DNA of 63,048 nucleotides, filler included, from Octopus bimaculoides (lineage: Eukaryota), in the NCBI RefSeq assembly GCF_001194135.2. It is 3 parts of 3 records of this genome, joined end to end, with 100 filler letters (N's around TTAATTAATTAA, not from the genome) between each part and the next. Parts side by side here need not be neighbours in the genome. Positions count along the whole stretch, not along the records: positions 1 to 30,884 come from NC_069005.1; 2 more parts are not named here. One strand, 5' to 3'. Shown here one piece after another: positions 1 to 13,475 of this stretch. The translations under genes were made by a program, and so were the position numbers. Each line of letters begins with the position of its first letter. Position 1 is the first letter of the stretch. The notes below the pieces were generated by a model that was not told the origin of the DNA, made no database searches, and was given only the letters and a program-made list of their open reading frames with translations.

Positions 1-639
1 ATATATATATATATATACACACACACAGATAGTTCTAAGGCTTCTAAGTTTGCAGAAAGCAAAGAAAAATAATGTAAAGAAAGAAGTCTGAGAAAGAAAA
101 GGCAATTTATTTACCTTTATTTATTCTTTTTAAAAAGTTTCCTTCTATCATCTGATGTAATAATCTCTTTTGTTCTATTTTAACCTACTCTAAGAACCAT
201 CCAAAGAAACACATCAGAAACTTTATGAAAACAGTATGACGTATAAACTATTCTAAAATTCTTTTTTGCTTTTTGTCATTTTCAAAACAAGCAACAAAAA
301 ATGATAATGATAATAATAATAATTGTAACCAATAATCGATAATATTGTACTTGTGATGAAGTTTCTTAATTGAACGAGAATTAGATTATAAACCGTTCTG
401 AAAAAAAAAAAAAAAGAAGAAGCTATCTTGGAATAGATAGGAGTGAAGAAGGTGAAGAAGAAAGAGAGGTAAGTTCCTTATGACATAAGTCATGCTCACA
501 TTCACACTGACACCCAGGTAGATATGCTCATTCTGATCCATAGACATTCTGGTGCAGATACACACTGACACTGATGTGTAAAGAATATTTTTGATATTAA
601 TTGGATAATTGGCAGTTATATGAGCTTATGTTTATGACA

Positions 640-1541
640 GTGGTGAGGGTGAGGGTGGAGTAGAGCAGATAGAAGAGAGATGGTGGGAGAGAGAGAGAGA
701 GAGAGAGAGAAGTATGAAAGAGAGGGAGAAAGGGAGAAGCATGAGAGAGAGAAAAGAAGGAGAAATAAGAGAGAGAAGGGAAATTATAAAAGAGAGAGAA
801 AGAGGGAAAAGCATGAGAGAGAGAGAGGAAGAAGTTTGAGGAGAGAAAGAGGGAGAAGTGTGAGAGAGAAAGAAAAAGTATGAGAGAGAGAGAGAAGTAT
901 GAAAGAGGAAGAGGGAGAAGTATAAGAGAAAGAGGGAGAAGTATGAGAGAGAAAAAGAGGGAGAAATATGAGAGAGAGAAAAAGAGAAAAGAGAAAAAGA
1001 AGTATGAGAGAAAGAAAAAGGGAGAAATATGAGAGAAAAAGAGGGAGGGGGAGAAATATAAGAGAGGGGAAAAGCAGAAAAAGTATTAGAGACAGAAAAA
1101 GAGAATAACACAAGAAAGAAAGAGGACAAAGAGAGGAAATATGAAAGAATAAAAAAAAAAGAGAAAAGGGATTTGTAAGGCAGAGAAGGGACAAGAATAA
1201 GGGGATGTGAGAAGGAGTGGATACAAGAGAGTGAAAGAGAGGTGTGGGAAAGGATTTGAGAGAGAAAGAGAGAGAGAGAGAAAAATGTATGAGATGATAG
1301 TGAGAGAGGGTGAGTAGAGAGAGGGAACAAGAGAAGAAAAGAGAATATGAGAAAGAAAGTGTAAGGGGGTGAGAGAGGTCCCTCATTAACATTTGTGGTG
1401 TTTATGTGTTTATATGTTTAAATCTGAGTAAACTCATTGAGAGAGAGTGAGAGAGAGAGAGGAAGAGAGAGAGGAAGAGAGAGAGAGAGAAAGAGAGAGA
1501 GGAAGAGAGAGAGGAAGAGAGAAAGAGAAAGAGAGAGAGGA

Positions 1542-1573
<32 letters not shown>

Positions 1574-1735
1574 AAAGAGAGAGAGAGGAAAAGAGAGAGA
1601 GGAAAAGAGAAAGAGGAAAAGAGAGAGAGGAAAAGAGAGAGAGGAAAAGAGAGAGAGGAAAAGAGAGAGAGAGGAAGAGAGAAAGAGAGAGAGGAAGAGA
1701 GGGAGAAAGAGAGAGAGTAGGTATGTGTGTCCGTG
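640..1735. repeat. (GA)-rich purine low-complexity/microsatellite tract
   Basis: Direct inspection; source of the spurious ORFs at 632-2003. Confidence 0.95.
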
Positions 1736-2199
1736 TGTGTGTGTGTTTGAATGAGTGTTTACATGTGAGTGTGTGTGTACATGTCTGAGTGTGTGCTGGT
1801 ACGTGAATGGAGTGTGTGTGTGTGATTGTATGGTGACTAATGATTAACTGTAGATATGTATACCTCTGCAAATGCTTAATGACTGTTTGTACATAAATCT
1901 GGAGTGTGTTTGAGCATTTATATGTGAACATACGTTTATCACAAGAGTCACACAGTTCTAGAAACAAACAGACAGTAAGCTTTATAAACCGGAAACCTAA
2001 CAAAAGGACATAATAAAATTACAGTTGCCTATTTACAGCATTAACCCTTTGCCTGTCTAAAGCACTTCCATGTATCAGTTCTAAATGTCCAAGTTGGTTT
2101 TCAGATGTTTAGTTAGCCCTTGATTCATACGTTGATGCAGACACGTCATCTCCAGCTAGATCATCCTACCAGGGCTTTACTCTCACTTAACAGCAGCTG

Positions 2200-2400
2200 C
2201 AGGCCCTGCACCAGATGGCTGGACATGATTGGGGAAGATCATCAGAGGCTTGACATCACCTTGGAGGATGCAGAGTGATTGCCAGTGATGGAGAGAGAGC
2301 ACTGGTGGACCTGGTTGGCTATACACATAGTGACGTCTCTGGGACCACTAACCTGGGATAACCCCAGCCCCATCAATCAAGAGTATGAAGCAGAAGCAAG
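2200..2400 (+). mobile_element. RTE-like LINE C-terminal fragment
   Basis: RPCTRWLDMIGEDHQRLDITLEDAE matches the GRP-RW-D tail of RTE/L2-type RTs. Confidence 0.5.
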
Positions 2401-5400
2401 CAGCAAGCTTTGTTTAAAACATCTTGAGAAATATAAAGCATTTTTTTAAAGTCCTAAGTTACTCTGGTGGTTGAAAAAACAGAAAATGTGTATCATATGA
2501 TGTATGGACGACAAGGAAATATGTCCTATGTATTACATGTGATACTCAGGACAAACAAAGAGTTAGGAATCTCTTGCATTTATAATAAACAAGTTGTGGA
2601 ATTTTACCAGAGACAACGCTCATTTGTATGTATTATTCGTCAAATGTTGGTTGTTTAAACTTTCAATAAACCAGTATTGAAAACAGGGTCCTTTTAGCTT
2701 TTCACTAGTTGGATCTGGATAAGGAGACAGTGCCTATGGCCCTTTGATACCTTTGAGATTGATGCTATTAATGCTCTGTTTAAACTAGTGTTTCCCAACC
2801 ATTTTTCACCTATGAACCCCTTGGATTCTTATTTTACCCCCATAGCCATCTGATGGACCCCTCCTCCCATAGCCATTTGATGTTTAACAATATCCTATTA
2901 TATTTTTATAATTAAACTAGCCTATCCATGATCCATTGGATCACTAGGAAAGTCTGAGTTTCCCAACAACGGAGTTTTGTTTCAAGGTTTTTTTTTTCTT
3001 TTCCAGGTTATTTCACATGCATTCAACGAATGTCACATCAAAATCACACGTAAATGGCTCCTTTCCCCAGAAAAGGAAAGATTTGGCTGGTATTTCTAAC
3101 ATGCCCTGCTACCACATAACGGATATTTCAGGTCCTTTATCACAAATAACTGTTATGTGGTAGCAGGGTGTGCTAGAAATAGCAGCCAAATCTTTGGAGG
3201 TAAGATATGTTGAACGCACTCAAAAAAAATCCTATAGAAAAAAATTTTTTCACACTGAGGTTATGAATGGGTCCTTTATGAAATATTTACCATATTTTTA
3301 AAGTCATTTTCACTTTAAAATATTTTTTAAATATGCCAAAAGAAGTTTTGTAATGGTATTCACTTGAAAATAATTTTAAAAACATTAAAGTATTAACTAT
3401 TTAAAGAAAGCTAACATAAGTATCTACTGTACAAATAACTTACATTTTTGAAATCCCACTCACTTGAAAATATTTCTAAATGATTAAAATATTGTGTTTA
3501 ACAAAAGTGAAAATAGAAACATTTACTGTAAAAGATAGATTGTATTGTTTTGTTGTCAAGTCACTGTCTAATCGAAAGGTAAGAGTTTCTTCCCTTTCAG
3601 GGTTAAGTTAATTTCAGAGAATTTTCCCATTACACACCGTTTTAGGTATTTATACCTCGAAAACCCCTTATATCAGGTTCAAGGGTTTACCTCAGCTGTT
3701 GCTGGTACTCATTTTCAGCTGAGTGGACTAAAGCATTGAGAAACGAGTGTTTTGCCCCAAAACACAATGTGTTGCCTAGTCTTGGAATTGAAACTATGAC
3801 CTCAAAAGTTTTCTACTTATGGTTGCTTATATGCTAGAGAACCAGGGTCAAGTCCTGGTCTAATGAGCCAGTAGATTTGTAATAGATTTAATACTAATTC
3901 CTAGACACATTGTACCTGAAAAAATAACAGAGTTGGTCACAGTTTCAATACCTTTCAATTATGTATGTTCATTAGGGGTAGCCTTGAGGTTAAATAATAA
4001 TGGACTGGATTGGATTGCCTGTGTTCAGTTTACTGCAGCACAAAGGCCCCAGCATGTTCCATCCACCAACCACAGTCTGATGTGGAGGACATGAATTTGA
4101 GTTTGAAATCACACTGGTTTGATGAGCCTGCTCTGCACACTGGCTCAACATGGTTTGGCAGAGGTATGAAGTTTTGATACTCATACCCAAGAGTGGTTAA
4201 GTCAATTACATCAACCCCCAGAACACAACTGGTACTTACAACAATAACTAATAAATCATCATCGTCATCATCATCATTTAACGTGTTTTCCATGCTGGCA
4301 TGGGTTGGACAGTTTGACTGGGGTCTGGGAAGCCAGGAGGCTGCACCAGTCTCCTGTCTGATCCGGCAGTGTTTCTACTGCTGGATACCCTTCCTAATGC
4401 CAACCACTCCGAGAGTGTAGTGGGTTCTTTTTTATGTGCCACCAGCACAGGGGCCATAGGGGGCTACCATTGACCACAATCAGATGGAGCTTTTTATGTG
4501 GTGCATCATATTTGAAGCACAATTGTCAAATTCAATACTTGCATGGACTTGACATTGATCTTTCATTCCCCCTGAATACTTAAATTCATGGCAGTTAATT
4601 TAGTTCATTATATTCTCATCTCCAAACGTTAGCTTTGTGCAAAGTCGAAAGGAATTTGATATTTACTAGAGTAATGTATATCTTATGAACTCTGCAGTTT
4701 GTGTGTACTCTACTGGAGCAAAGGATCAGCTCTTATTAGAAGTCATTCAATTTGGAACATTATGGAAAAAGAATAAATAAATGCTTTTTAGAAATTTTGC
4801 ATTTAAAACCACACTAAAGCACCTGATACATTATTATTATTATTATTATTATTACTATTACTATCATTATGATTATTATTATTATTACTGGAAACAAGCT
4901 CACAATATATTGCTTCCTGTTAGCGTTCCCTTTTTTTTCTTCTTTAAATGCCTCATTACCAATAAAAAATTAAAACGGGAAAAAAATGATAGAATAAATT
5001 GTTACAAAATGTCAGATATTCCAATGGGATTTACTCGGCTTATAGATAAGGCAATATTATCAGAATTATTCACAGAAATGAGAATGAAGTAACAATCTAG
5101 AGATAGTTCATATTGGCGTGCTAACAAAAATTCGAAAACAACAGTTCGTTTATACAGAGGAATCAATAGCAGCTTAACCCAAGATCTATCAGAGGCATCT
5201 TGCCGCTATTTGCAAGCCCCACACAACAGCCATCGAATCGATAACAAATAATAACTAGTGACTTCTTGGAGCAATCAGAAAAACTGTAATAAATCAATGA
5301 TGCCATAACAGTGCAAAAAAAGGTAAAAAGGTAGAATTATTCTTGCTTTCTGACAGAACACATTACGTATATGAGCTGAAAGAGAAACATTAGCATCGGG

Positions 5401-5976
5401 TAGAAACAAAGAAGTATGTTAAACATCTCCATTGGGCTTTACGTTCAGCTAAACTTGTGATATTATGAGAGTAACTTAAAATATAAGCAATGTATCATGT
5501 TTAACAGATTGGTATTAAAATCAGCAAACTGTGACAGACTTGTTCTTTGTAGAATATCAGGAATCTACTGAAACCAAGGAATCAATTAACTAAAACATAG
5601 TTGAAAATTGTTAGAGACAGAAATCCAGAATATATATACATATATCATCATCATTGTTTAACATCCGCTTTCTATGCGGATAAAACAGGAGACAACTGAT
5701 GAAGGGGTTGTTCTTTATGTTGCTTGTCTTGTTTCTCTATTTGTTTCCTTTATTGTTCAAAAAAAAAAGTTCATTTTCCATGTTTTTGTTTTTTTAGGTT
5801 CTCGTTTTTCATTTTGTTCATGTTTTTTTTGACGTCCTGTAACCATATACGCACGTATACATATATGTAGGTATGTACATATATGTATCTATATATGCAT
5901 ATATATCTTATTAATGGGAGACGGTGACGAAGGTGCATGGGGAGAGCAGGTGCATGGTCCACGGAACGTGATCTGG

Positions 5977-6008
<32 letters not shown>

Positions 6009-6842
6009 NNNNNNNNNNNNNNNNNNNNNNNNNNNNNNNNNNNNNNNNNNNNNNNNNNNNNNNNNNNNNNNNNNNNNNNNNNNNNNNNNNNNNNNNNNNN
6101 NNNNNNNNNNNNNNNNNNNNNNNNNNNNNNNNNNNNNNNNNNNNNNNNNNNNNNNNNNNNNNNNNNNNNNNNNNNNNNNNNNNNNNNNNNNNNNNNNNNN
6201 NNNNNNNNNNNNNNNNNNNNNNNNNNNNNNNNNNNNNNNNNNNNNNNNNNNNNNNNNNNNNNNNNNNNNNNNNNNNNNNNNNNNNNNNNNNNNNNNNNNN
6301 NNNNNNNNNNNNNNNNNNNNNNNNNNNNNNNNNNNNNNNNNNNNNNNNNNNNNNNNNNNNNNNNNNNNNNNNNNNNNNNNNNNNNNNNNNNNNNNNNNNN
6401 NNNNNNNNNNNNNNNNNNNNNNNNNNNNNNNNNNNNNNNNNNNNNNNNNNNNNNNNNNNNNNNNNNNNNNNNNNNNNNNNNNNNNNNNNNNNNNNNNNNN
6501 NNNNNNNNNNNNNNNNNNNNNNNNNNNNNNNNNNNNNNNNNNNNNNNNNNNNNNNNNNNNNNNNNNNNNNNNNNNNNNNNNNNNNNNNNNNNNNNNNNNN
6601 NNNNNNNNNNNNNNNNNNNNNNNNNNNNNNNNNNNNNNNNNNNNNNNNNNNNNNNNNNNNNNNNNNNNNNNNNNNNNNNNNNNNNNNNNNNNNNNNNNNN
6701 NNNNNNNNNNNNNNNNNNNNNNNNNNNNNTATCATAAATATATATATATATAATATATATATATATCATAAATATATATATATATAATATATATATATAT
6801 CATAAATATATATATATATAATATATATATATATCATATAGT

Positions 6843-7290
6843 ATAGGCAGCTTCTTTCTGTGCAAAAGCCAAGCTGGATGTCAGGGAGAAAGTCCTTATC
6901 TTCAAGGAATGTCATTAGCTTCCTCCGGACAATGCATTCCATGACTTTATTGACATATGATGTGAGAGAGACAGGTTTATAATTTTTAGCATCCTCTCTG
7001 CTACCTCCCTTATGGATAGGACATATTATGCTTTCCTTTAACTTTTTGGTAAGTTTCCCAGTTGCAAGGAAGCTTTGGAAGAGGAACTGTAGTGAACTTG
7101 CTAGAGCCTCATTACATTTCTTTAGGGGGAATTCTGGGAATCCATCAGGGTCTGTGGCTGAGTTAAAGCTTATTTAATCAATAGCTGATATTACATCAGT
7201 TTCCTCTATTCCAATATTATCCATAACTGCCATCTCTTTGTGTAGAACTTATCATGCATAACTATTTATTGTGGTGCCAAAGAATTCAGT
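6843..7290 (-). mobile_element. CR1-like LINE RT N-terminal fragment
   Basis: Minus strand reads DPDGFPEFPLKKC..ICPIHKGGSREDAKNYKPVSLTSYVNKVMECIV..QLGFCTERSCL. Confidence 0.8.
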
Positions 7291-7439
7291 AGCAATAAAC
7301 AACTACCTCCAACAAGTGGAGAACCTCCTCTTTTTTGATCCATTTAACAATTTCATTACCATATTTCTGATGAAATACATTGTTTATGTGTCTTAATTTG
7401 GAATATAATCAATCATTTAGAGGTGTTTAGTAAACCAAG

Positions 7440-7697
7440 TAATTTTGTTATTAAACTGGTGTTTGTGGCTTAACTTAACAAAAGGTCCAAACATAAAACT
7501 ATGATGGGATGCTTTAATTTAAACATGAATAATTTAATTCTTTTGTTACTATATTTCTAGATATTTATTAAACTAAATAATTTTGTTATTTAACTGGGTT
7601 TTGTTAGCATAACTTCACAAAAGGTCCGTACATAAAAGTAAGATGGGGTGTTTTAATTTAAACATGAATGAGTCAATTCTTTTGTTACTATATTTTT
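7440..7697. repeat. Diverged 138-bp tandem duplication
   Basis: TAATTTTGTTATT..CAAAAGGTCC..TTTAATTTAAACATGAAT..TTCTTTTGTTACTATATTT occurs at 7440 and again at 7578. Confidence 0.85.
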
Positions 7698-9384
7698 GTT
7701 GAAATATATTGTCTTTGCTTCATTTATTTTTGAAAATAACAAAAATTTTATAAAATAACATTGCCATTAAGTTTGTTTGGCATACAAATTAATAAAATTT
7801 TAACGGAAGATTTTAATTCAGATCACTACAAGACAGTTTGTATTATAGAACCAGAGCCAGTTACTGGGAGGTGGATGGGGAGCTGGTATTAAAAGGGTTA
7901 GAATAAGATCCTTATTTTTGGATGCTACTAATTTTGTGAAACAAAACCAAAGGCAGTCAAAGGTGAGTTTCATTAAAAGGGTTAGCATAAAGTAATCAAA
8001 CTACCTGTGTCCTGGAGAATTATGAATTACCATTTTACTCTTAATTAGAAGTAATCCAAGTAGATGACTGCACTTCATTTATGTGTATTAAATAATTATT
8101 CTAGCAGTAGAACTTCATTAAAGACAACACAGTAAAAAAGATAGGAGGAGATGATCAAGAAGTACATTAACATGTACACAAAATGAGATAATATATCACA
8201 GTGAATAAGTGGAAGTCATGAAGCAGTGTCAACAGTTTAGGCATGGCTATGTACACAGACAGATGTGTGTGTCTACGTTTGTATCTCACCACCACTTGAC
8301 AACCAGTGCTGGTGTCTTTACCTCCCTGTAACTTACCAGTTCAGCAAAAGAAACAACAGAAAAAGTACCAAGCTTATAAAAAATTACTGGTGGTCAATTA
8401 ACTCAACTAAAAATTCAACAAAGTGGTGCCCCAGCATGACCACAGTCTAATGACTGAAACAAGTAAAAGAAGATAAAAGAAAAGAGTCATTAAAAACAGA
8501 GTATGATTAATTCACCTCAGCATTCCCATTTTCTCTGCGTTTCCAAATTCAATATAATACTGTCACACAAATTACAAATAATCCTAGATTATGTACACAT
8601 TAAATATTTAAAGCCTGCAGAAACACAATATGAAAGGAAATGTATTCCCTGTTGTTTCAGGAGTTATACAAGTGTTAAGTTATTTAAAACTACAGGTGGT
8701 TTGTCAAAAAACAGTGGTAGTGATTTTATAGACTGATTTTATAGACTTACAGCTCCTAGAGATCATTCTCATTCTCTCCTAAAAGGTGAGAAACCATGTA
8801 GTACTTCTACAAGAACTTGCTTGTCCCTCTCTTTTACATTTTATCCACTCTTCTCCTTGCATAAATCTGCCCAGCTCCCAAAACCAACCACTCAGGATTT
8901 GAAGTTTTGTGAGCTGTATGGCAACATGAGAGCTTCATTCGTACTAGTGGCATGGAAAAAAAAAGCATCTAGGACATGCTAGAAAGTGGCAGGGATGAGG
9001 AAGAGCATCCAACTGTAAAAACCATAATAAATAGATACTGGAGCACAATGCAGTCCATGAGCCCATTAGATCCTGTTGAAATGTTCAACCCATGATAGAA
9101 TGGAACATGAATGTTAAACGATGACGATTGGCAAACCCACAGACTAAGCCAACCTCAGCATTATAATAATAATCATAAGTGTTATTATTATTGAGGCAGT
9201 GAGCTGGCAGAATCATTAGCATGCTGGGTGAAATGCTTAGCGGTATTCGTCTGTCTTTACTTTCCGATTTCAAATTTTGCCGAGGTTGACTTAAGTCTTT
9301 CGTCCTTTCGGGAATCAATGAAATAAGTACTAGTTGGGTCAATGTTATTGACTAACCCCCTCCCCCAAATTTCAGGCCTCGTGC

Positions 9385-9583
9385 CTTTACTACAGTGGTT
9401 TCCAACCTTTTCACTACCAAGAACCCCTTTTATTTAAATGAGTTTTCTCATGGACTCCTTATGCTTATCCTTATATATATATATATATGACATCTTGAAT
9501 TTAGTTCACGGACCCCCAATACTAACTTTGTGGACCACCAGAGGTCCATGGACCACAGAGGTCCACTGACCACATCTTTAGTA
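9385..9583. mobile_element. hAT MITE 9393-9575 inserted into a SINE
   Basis: Begins CAGTGGTTTCCAACC; flanks CTTTACTA / CTTTAGTA; the SINE tail resumes after it. Confidence 0.65.
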
Positions 9584-11059
9584 GAAAGACTTATTATCAT
9601 TATTGTTGTTGTTGTTGTTGTTATTTGTTGTTTTTTGTCAATTAAAGGCAGTTTATTTTCTTTTTATTGACAAACTGATTTTTCTTCAAAAAGAAACAAA
9701 TTACAAAAATGACTTAAATTACCATAATTAATATACATACTCATTCATGTGTGTGCATGTGTGTGTGTGTGTGTATTGATGTAGATATATGATCATCAAT
9801 AAGTAATTGTTTGAAACAAGTCATTTAATAAAAAAAAAGTATCTCCTCAAAGCAATCTATCTGCCTCTCTCTTTCTCTCTCTCTCTCTCTCTGTATGTGT
9901 GTGTATATATATATATATATATAGCAGTACAATTAATAATTGATCAATTTATTTATCGATGTATTTCTTCTATTGTTTTCTGTTATATAGTCTTTCAGAA
10001 ATATATCTTTGTTTAAATATGAAGATGACGCTTTATAAATAATTATACATAATTATGTTTATTGATATGGTTATGAAGGTAACCCATAATGAAAAGATTA
10101 ATAACGATAAAAACTGAGAGAGAAAAGAATAAATGAATAAACAGTATCAAATACACAAGCCTTGCAATCAATCTACTGAAAAAGTGTTAATCTTATAATA
10201 ATAATAATAATAGTAATGATAATAATTTCTTTCTTGCAGAGCTGCAGTTTTGTTTTTTTTATTTTATTATTTTCATGCTTTCAATAAACAGTTTTATTTT
10301 TAGTTCCATTAAAATCGGGATAGAATGAGATTTGAAGTAGGTGGTAGGTGCCTGATTGTTTGTCGACCAAGATGTACCTAGGAATCGATAAATTTGTTTC
10401 AATAATAGCAATAGATCAGAAAGGAAACGCTAAATTACAATGGTAATATGGCAGCAGATTTCTGTAATACTGAATAACAATAATGGTAATATTTCTTTTT
10501 CTTTGACCATAAAGTAAAGTAGAATGGTTAAAAATTCAATTGTATTATTGACCTCATCTTTTATGTTGCCATCTATGCTATAATTGTAGTTCTCTGAGCA
10601 TTCTTAGAAGCCATAAATATAAATATGCATATTCATAAGTGGATTTTTATTGCAATTATAGGATCATGGCTCAGAGGAGAATTACAGATAATACTGCAAC
10701 CTACATTAAAAGTGTGAGAGTTCAATTCCAATCCAAAGAAATATGTATGAAAATGTGCTATTCTTTAAGTTTCTCTTGTACAGTTAGCCTGTACATTAGG
10801 CAACAAGATGTCTTCATTAATCCTTCAACATTTAAACCGGCTATATCTGGCCCAAATATTCTTCCTGCTTTATATTCAAAGTAACCAGATCTGGCCTCTT
10901 ACATCTATCCTAACATGCCATTCCTAAAGTAAAGAGTTTCCTCATTGAAATCTCAAAACTACAAGACAATGCACGAGTAGTTCAAAATAAAGTAAATACA
11001 TAAGCATTATATTTGACAGAGTAATCTGAATGCTGAAGGGTAAATCTTCTTCCCAGGTG

Positions 11060-11440
11060 ATGCTAAGTTGGTTCATATCTTCTTTGAAGATGACACTCCA
11101 TGTCATCATAGTTCTCCCACTCTTTTTCCAACCCTCTGGTAGTACCAATAGTGGTAGCTGTCTTGGGTATTCATTCTGGCAATTAGAAAATAAACATGAC
11201 CTGCAAATCTCCCTCTTTTTCCACCAAAATCTCCTGCAGGCTCCACAGATAGGATCTTCTTAAGACTTCAGAGTTTGTGATTCTGTCTGCATAGGTTATC
11301 TTGAGTTATTCTATGTAGACACTATGAGAGAATGCATTCAACCTCTGAGTGATCTCGGCAGTTATTTTCCAAATTTCTCCTGTGTAGAGTGCTGGTGCAG
11401 CAGGATCTTCAAGCAGTTTCCAGTCTGGATAAAATGCCTC
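11060..11440 (-). mobile_element. RTE-like LINE C-terminal fragment
   Basis: LYTGEIWKITAEITQRLNAF..LKITYADRITNSEVLRR..GRTMMTW..KEDM. Confidence 0.65.
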
Positions 11441-12312
11441 AGACAACATATTTAACCACTGAAAAATTAAGTGCCACTGTTTTTATCATCTTTGTTTACT
11501 TAACTGATGTTAAAAACTCAATTTTTTCTCTATTAATGATCTCTAAGGAAACTATATATATAAAAAAAGACAAATGAATATTAGTTTTGTTTTGCATTTT
11601 TAATTTTTCTCAGACGGTTATCTGTAAAGTTGAATACGCTATATAGTTTTAATTAAATCTCATACACTAGTTGAGTTAAAGATTATAACAAGACAAAAAG
11701 TGAAAGCAGTACACAAAAATCAAAATGAATTAACAACTTCTCTTTTAACCCTAGGTAGATCTGCTTTGATACACAAGGTAATGTAGGTGATTAGCTCCAG
11801 CATTGAAATTTGGAACACCACACAAATTCTGAACAAGTTCAACAAACTAAAAGAATATTTAACTACAAACATGGGCAGTCCTTGCACTTGTCAGAAGAAA
11901 GGTAAAGCCTATGGGTCAGCAGTGCTAGACTAAAAAATCTAAATGAGATCCCAACACTATTTATAAGGAGATATTTCTAGTTTGACAGCCAAAAGCCTGA
12001 CCATGTGACATAGTACTGGCTTATATGATTACTAGCAATAAATTCTTTTTCATCTGACCTGACACCCATATACATACATAACACATATACACAGACCCCT
12101 AGTTGTTACCACAACATCCTTCAAGGAGTGGGACACTGATGTAAAACCTGTGATCTCATGTGATTACTGGTCATCTCATTTTAGCTTGTCACGGGTATTA
12201 ATCACTTAAAGAGTGGCATTCATGTTATACAAGCATTTACCACTATAATACAATGATGAACAGATGTTTCTTTGTGATGACATTATATATATATATATAT
12301 ATNNNNNNNNNN

Positions 12313-13475
12313 TGTTGCTTAATATGTTTTGCTAATATTGCTGTTTCTTTTCAGATATCATCAGAAAAAGGTAATTAAAATTCATTAAAATGACAGATCT
12401 ATTGGATTTTCAAAGACATCAAATTATTGGTGCTCATATGGCAGGCACTAGTGTAACGAAAACAGCTGAAATGTTTGGTGTATCAAGAAGTACTGTCTCA
12501 AAAGTAATGACAGCCTTTGAGAAAGAGGGAAAAACCTCCTTGTCTAAACAAAACTCTGGAAGAAAACTAAAACTTTCAGATAGGGACCGTCGGACTCTAA
12601 TGCGAATTGTTAGAAAGGATCACAAAAGTACAGCTCCCAAAATTACTGCAGAGCTTAACGACTACCTTGAGAAACCAGTTTCCACAAAAACTGTTTGCCG
12701 GGAGCTGCACAAAGCCAGATTTCATGGGAGAGTTGCAATCAGAAAACCACTACTTTCAAAAACAAACGTTACAAAGCGTTTAGAGTGGAATAAAAACCTA
12801 CAGAATTGGTTCCTACAGCAATGGAAGAATGTTATTTTCTTGGACAAGTCATCCTTTACCTTATTTCCAATCACCGGCCAAGTGTATGTGTGGAGACAGT
12901 CAAAAGAAGCATTTGACCCAGACTGCCTTCTTCCAACTGTTAAACATGGAGGAGGATCTGTGATGATCTGGGAGGCTATATCTTGGAAATCCACCAACAC
13001 AATGGTTTCCCTTCATGGCAGAATTAATAGTCAAGACTATTTAAGCAGTTTATCTGATCAAATTCATCCTAAGGTTGTAGAACTGTTTCCGGAGGGAAAC
13101 ACAATCATTCAGGATGATAATGCACCAATTCACACAGCTAAAGTTGTTACTGAATGGCACAAGGAACATTCTAGTGAAGCTGAACATCTTATCTGGCCAC
13201 CACAGTCCCCAGATCTCAATATTATTGAACATTTATGGTGCATTTTAGAAAAACAAATAAGGAGGTGAGATCCTCCACCATCATCACTACAAGAACTGGA
13301 GACTGTTTTAGCTGAAGAATGGACAAAAATTCCTTTGGAAACAATTCAAACTTTGAACGAGTCCATACCTCATAGAATTCAAGCTGTAATTACTGCCAAA
13401 GGTGGTTCTACCCCATATTAAAATAAATTTGTTTGAAATTTTAAGGTGTTTCCATTATTTTGTTGAACACTTGTA
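12313..13475 (+). mobile_element. Tc1/mariner DNA transposon, DD36E type, inserted in a (TA)n tract; left TIR hidden in the gap at 12303-12312
   Basis: Contains the transposase; AATAAA follows the stop; the right end ggtgtttccattattttgttgaacacttg|TA (13445-13475) is a Tc1-like TIR followed by TA. Confidence 0.9.
12390..13421 (+). pseudogene. Tc1-like transposase (343 codons) with a single premature TGA at 13266-13268
   Basis: Paired-like HTH N-terminus, GRK motif, VIFLDKSSF, TVKHGGGSVMIW, QDDNAPIH, WPPQSPDLNIIEHLW. The frame continues past the TGA as DPPPSSLQELE..RIQAVITAKGGSTPY* ending at 13421. Confidence 0.92.

Noticed and set aside
386-600. Short ORF and Cys-rich peptide (CQCECEHDLC) with a nearby GAG|GTAAGT
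   Set aside because: Stops in the relevant frames, no convincing acceptor, no recognisable family.
632-2003. Long ORFs rich in S/L/F or R/E
   Set aside because: Translations of (GA)n/(CT)n low-complexity sequence.
4985-5480. CpG-containing stretch that may be a transposase remnant
   Set aside because: No motif could be identified in any frame; left unannotated pending a BLASTX search.
5771-6769. ORFs of 150-340 aa spanning X runs (also 32699, 38012, 42709, 56334 and 57998)
   Set aside because: They are open only because of N gaps and flanking (TA)n.
12345-12385. ttttcag|ATATCATCAGAAAAAG|gtaatt 16-nt exon-like signal
   Set aside because: Lies within the transposon 5' leader; better explained as element-internal splice signals than as a host exon.
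13266-13268. TGA in the transposase as selenocysteine or programmed readthrough
   Set aside because: No supporting structure seen; CGA>TGA decay is the simpler explanation.
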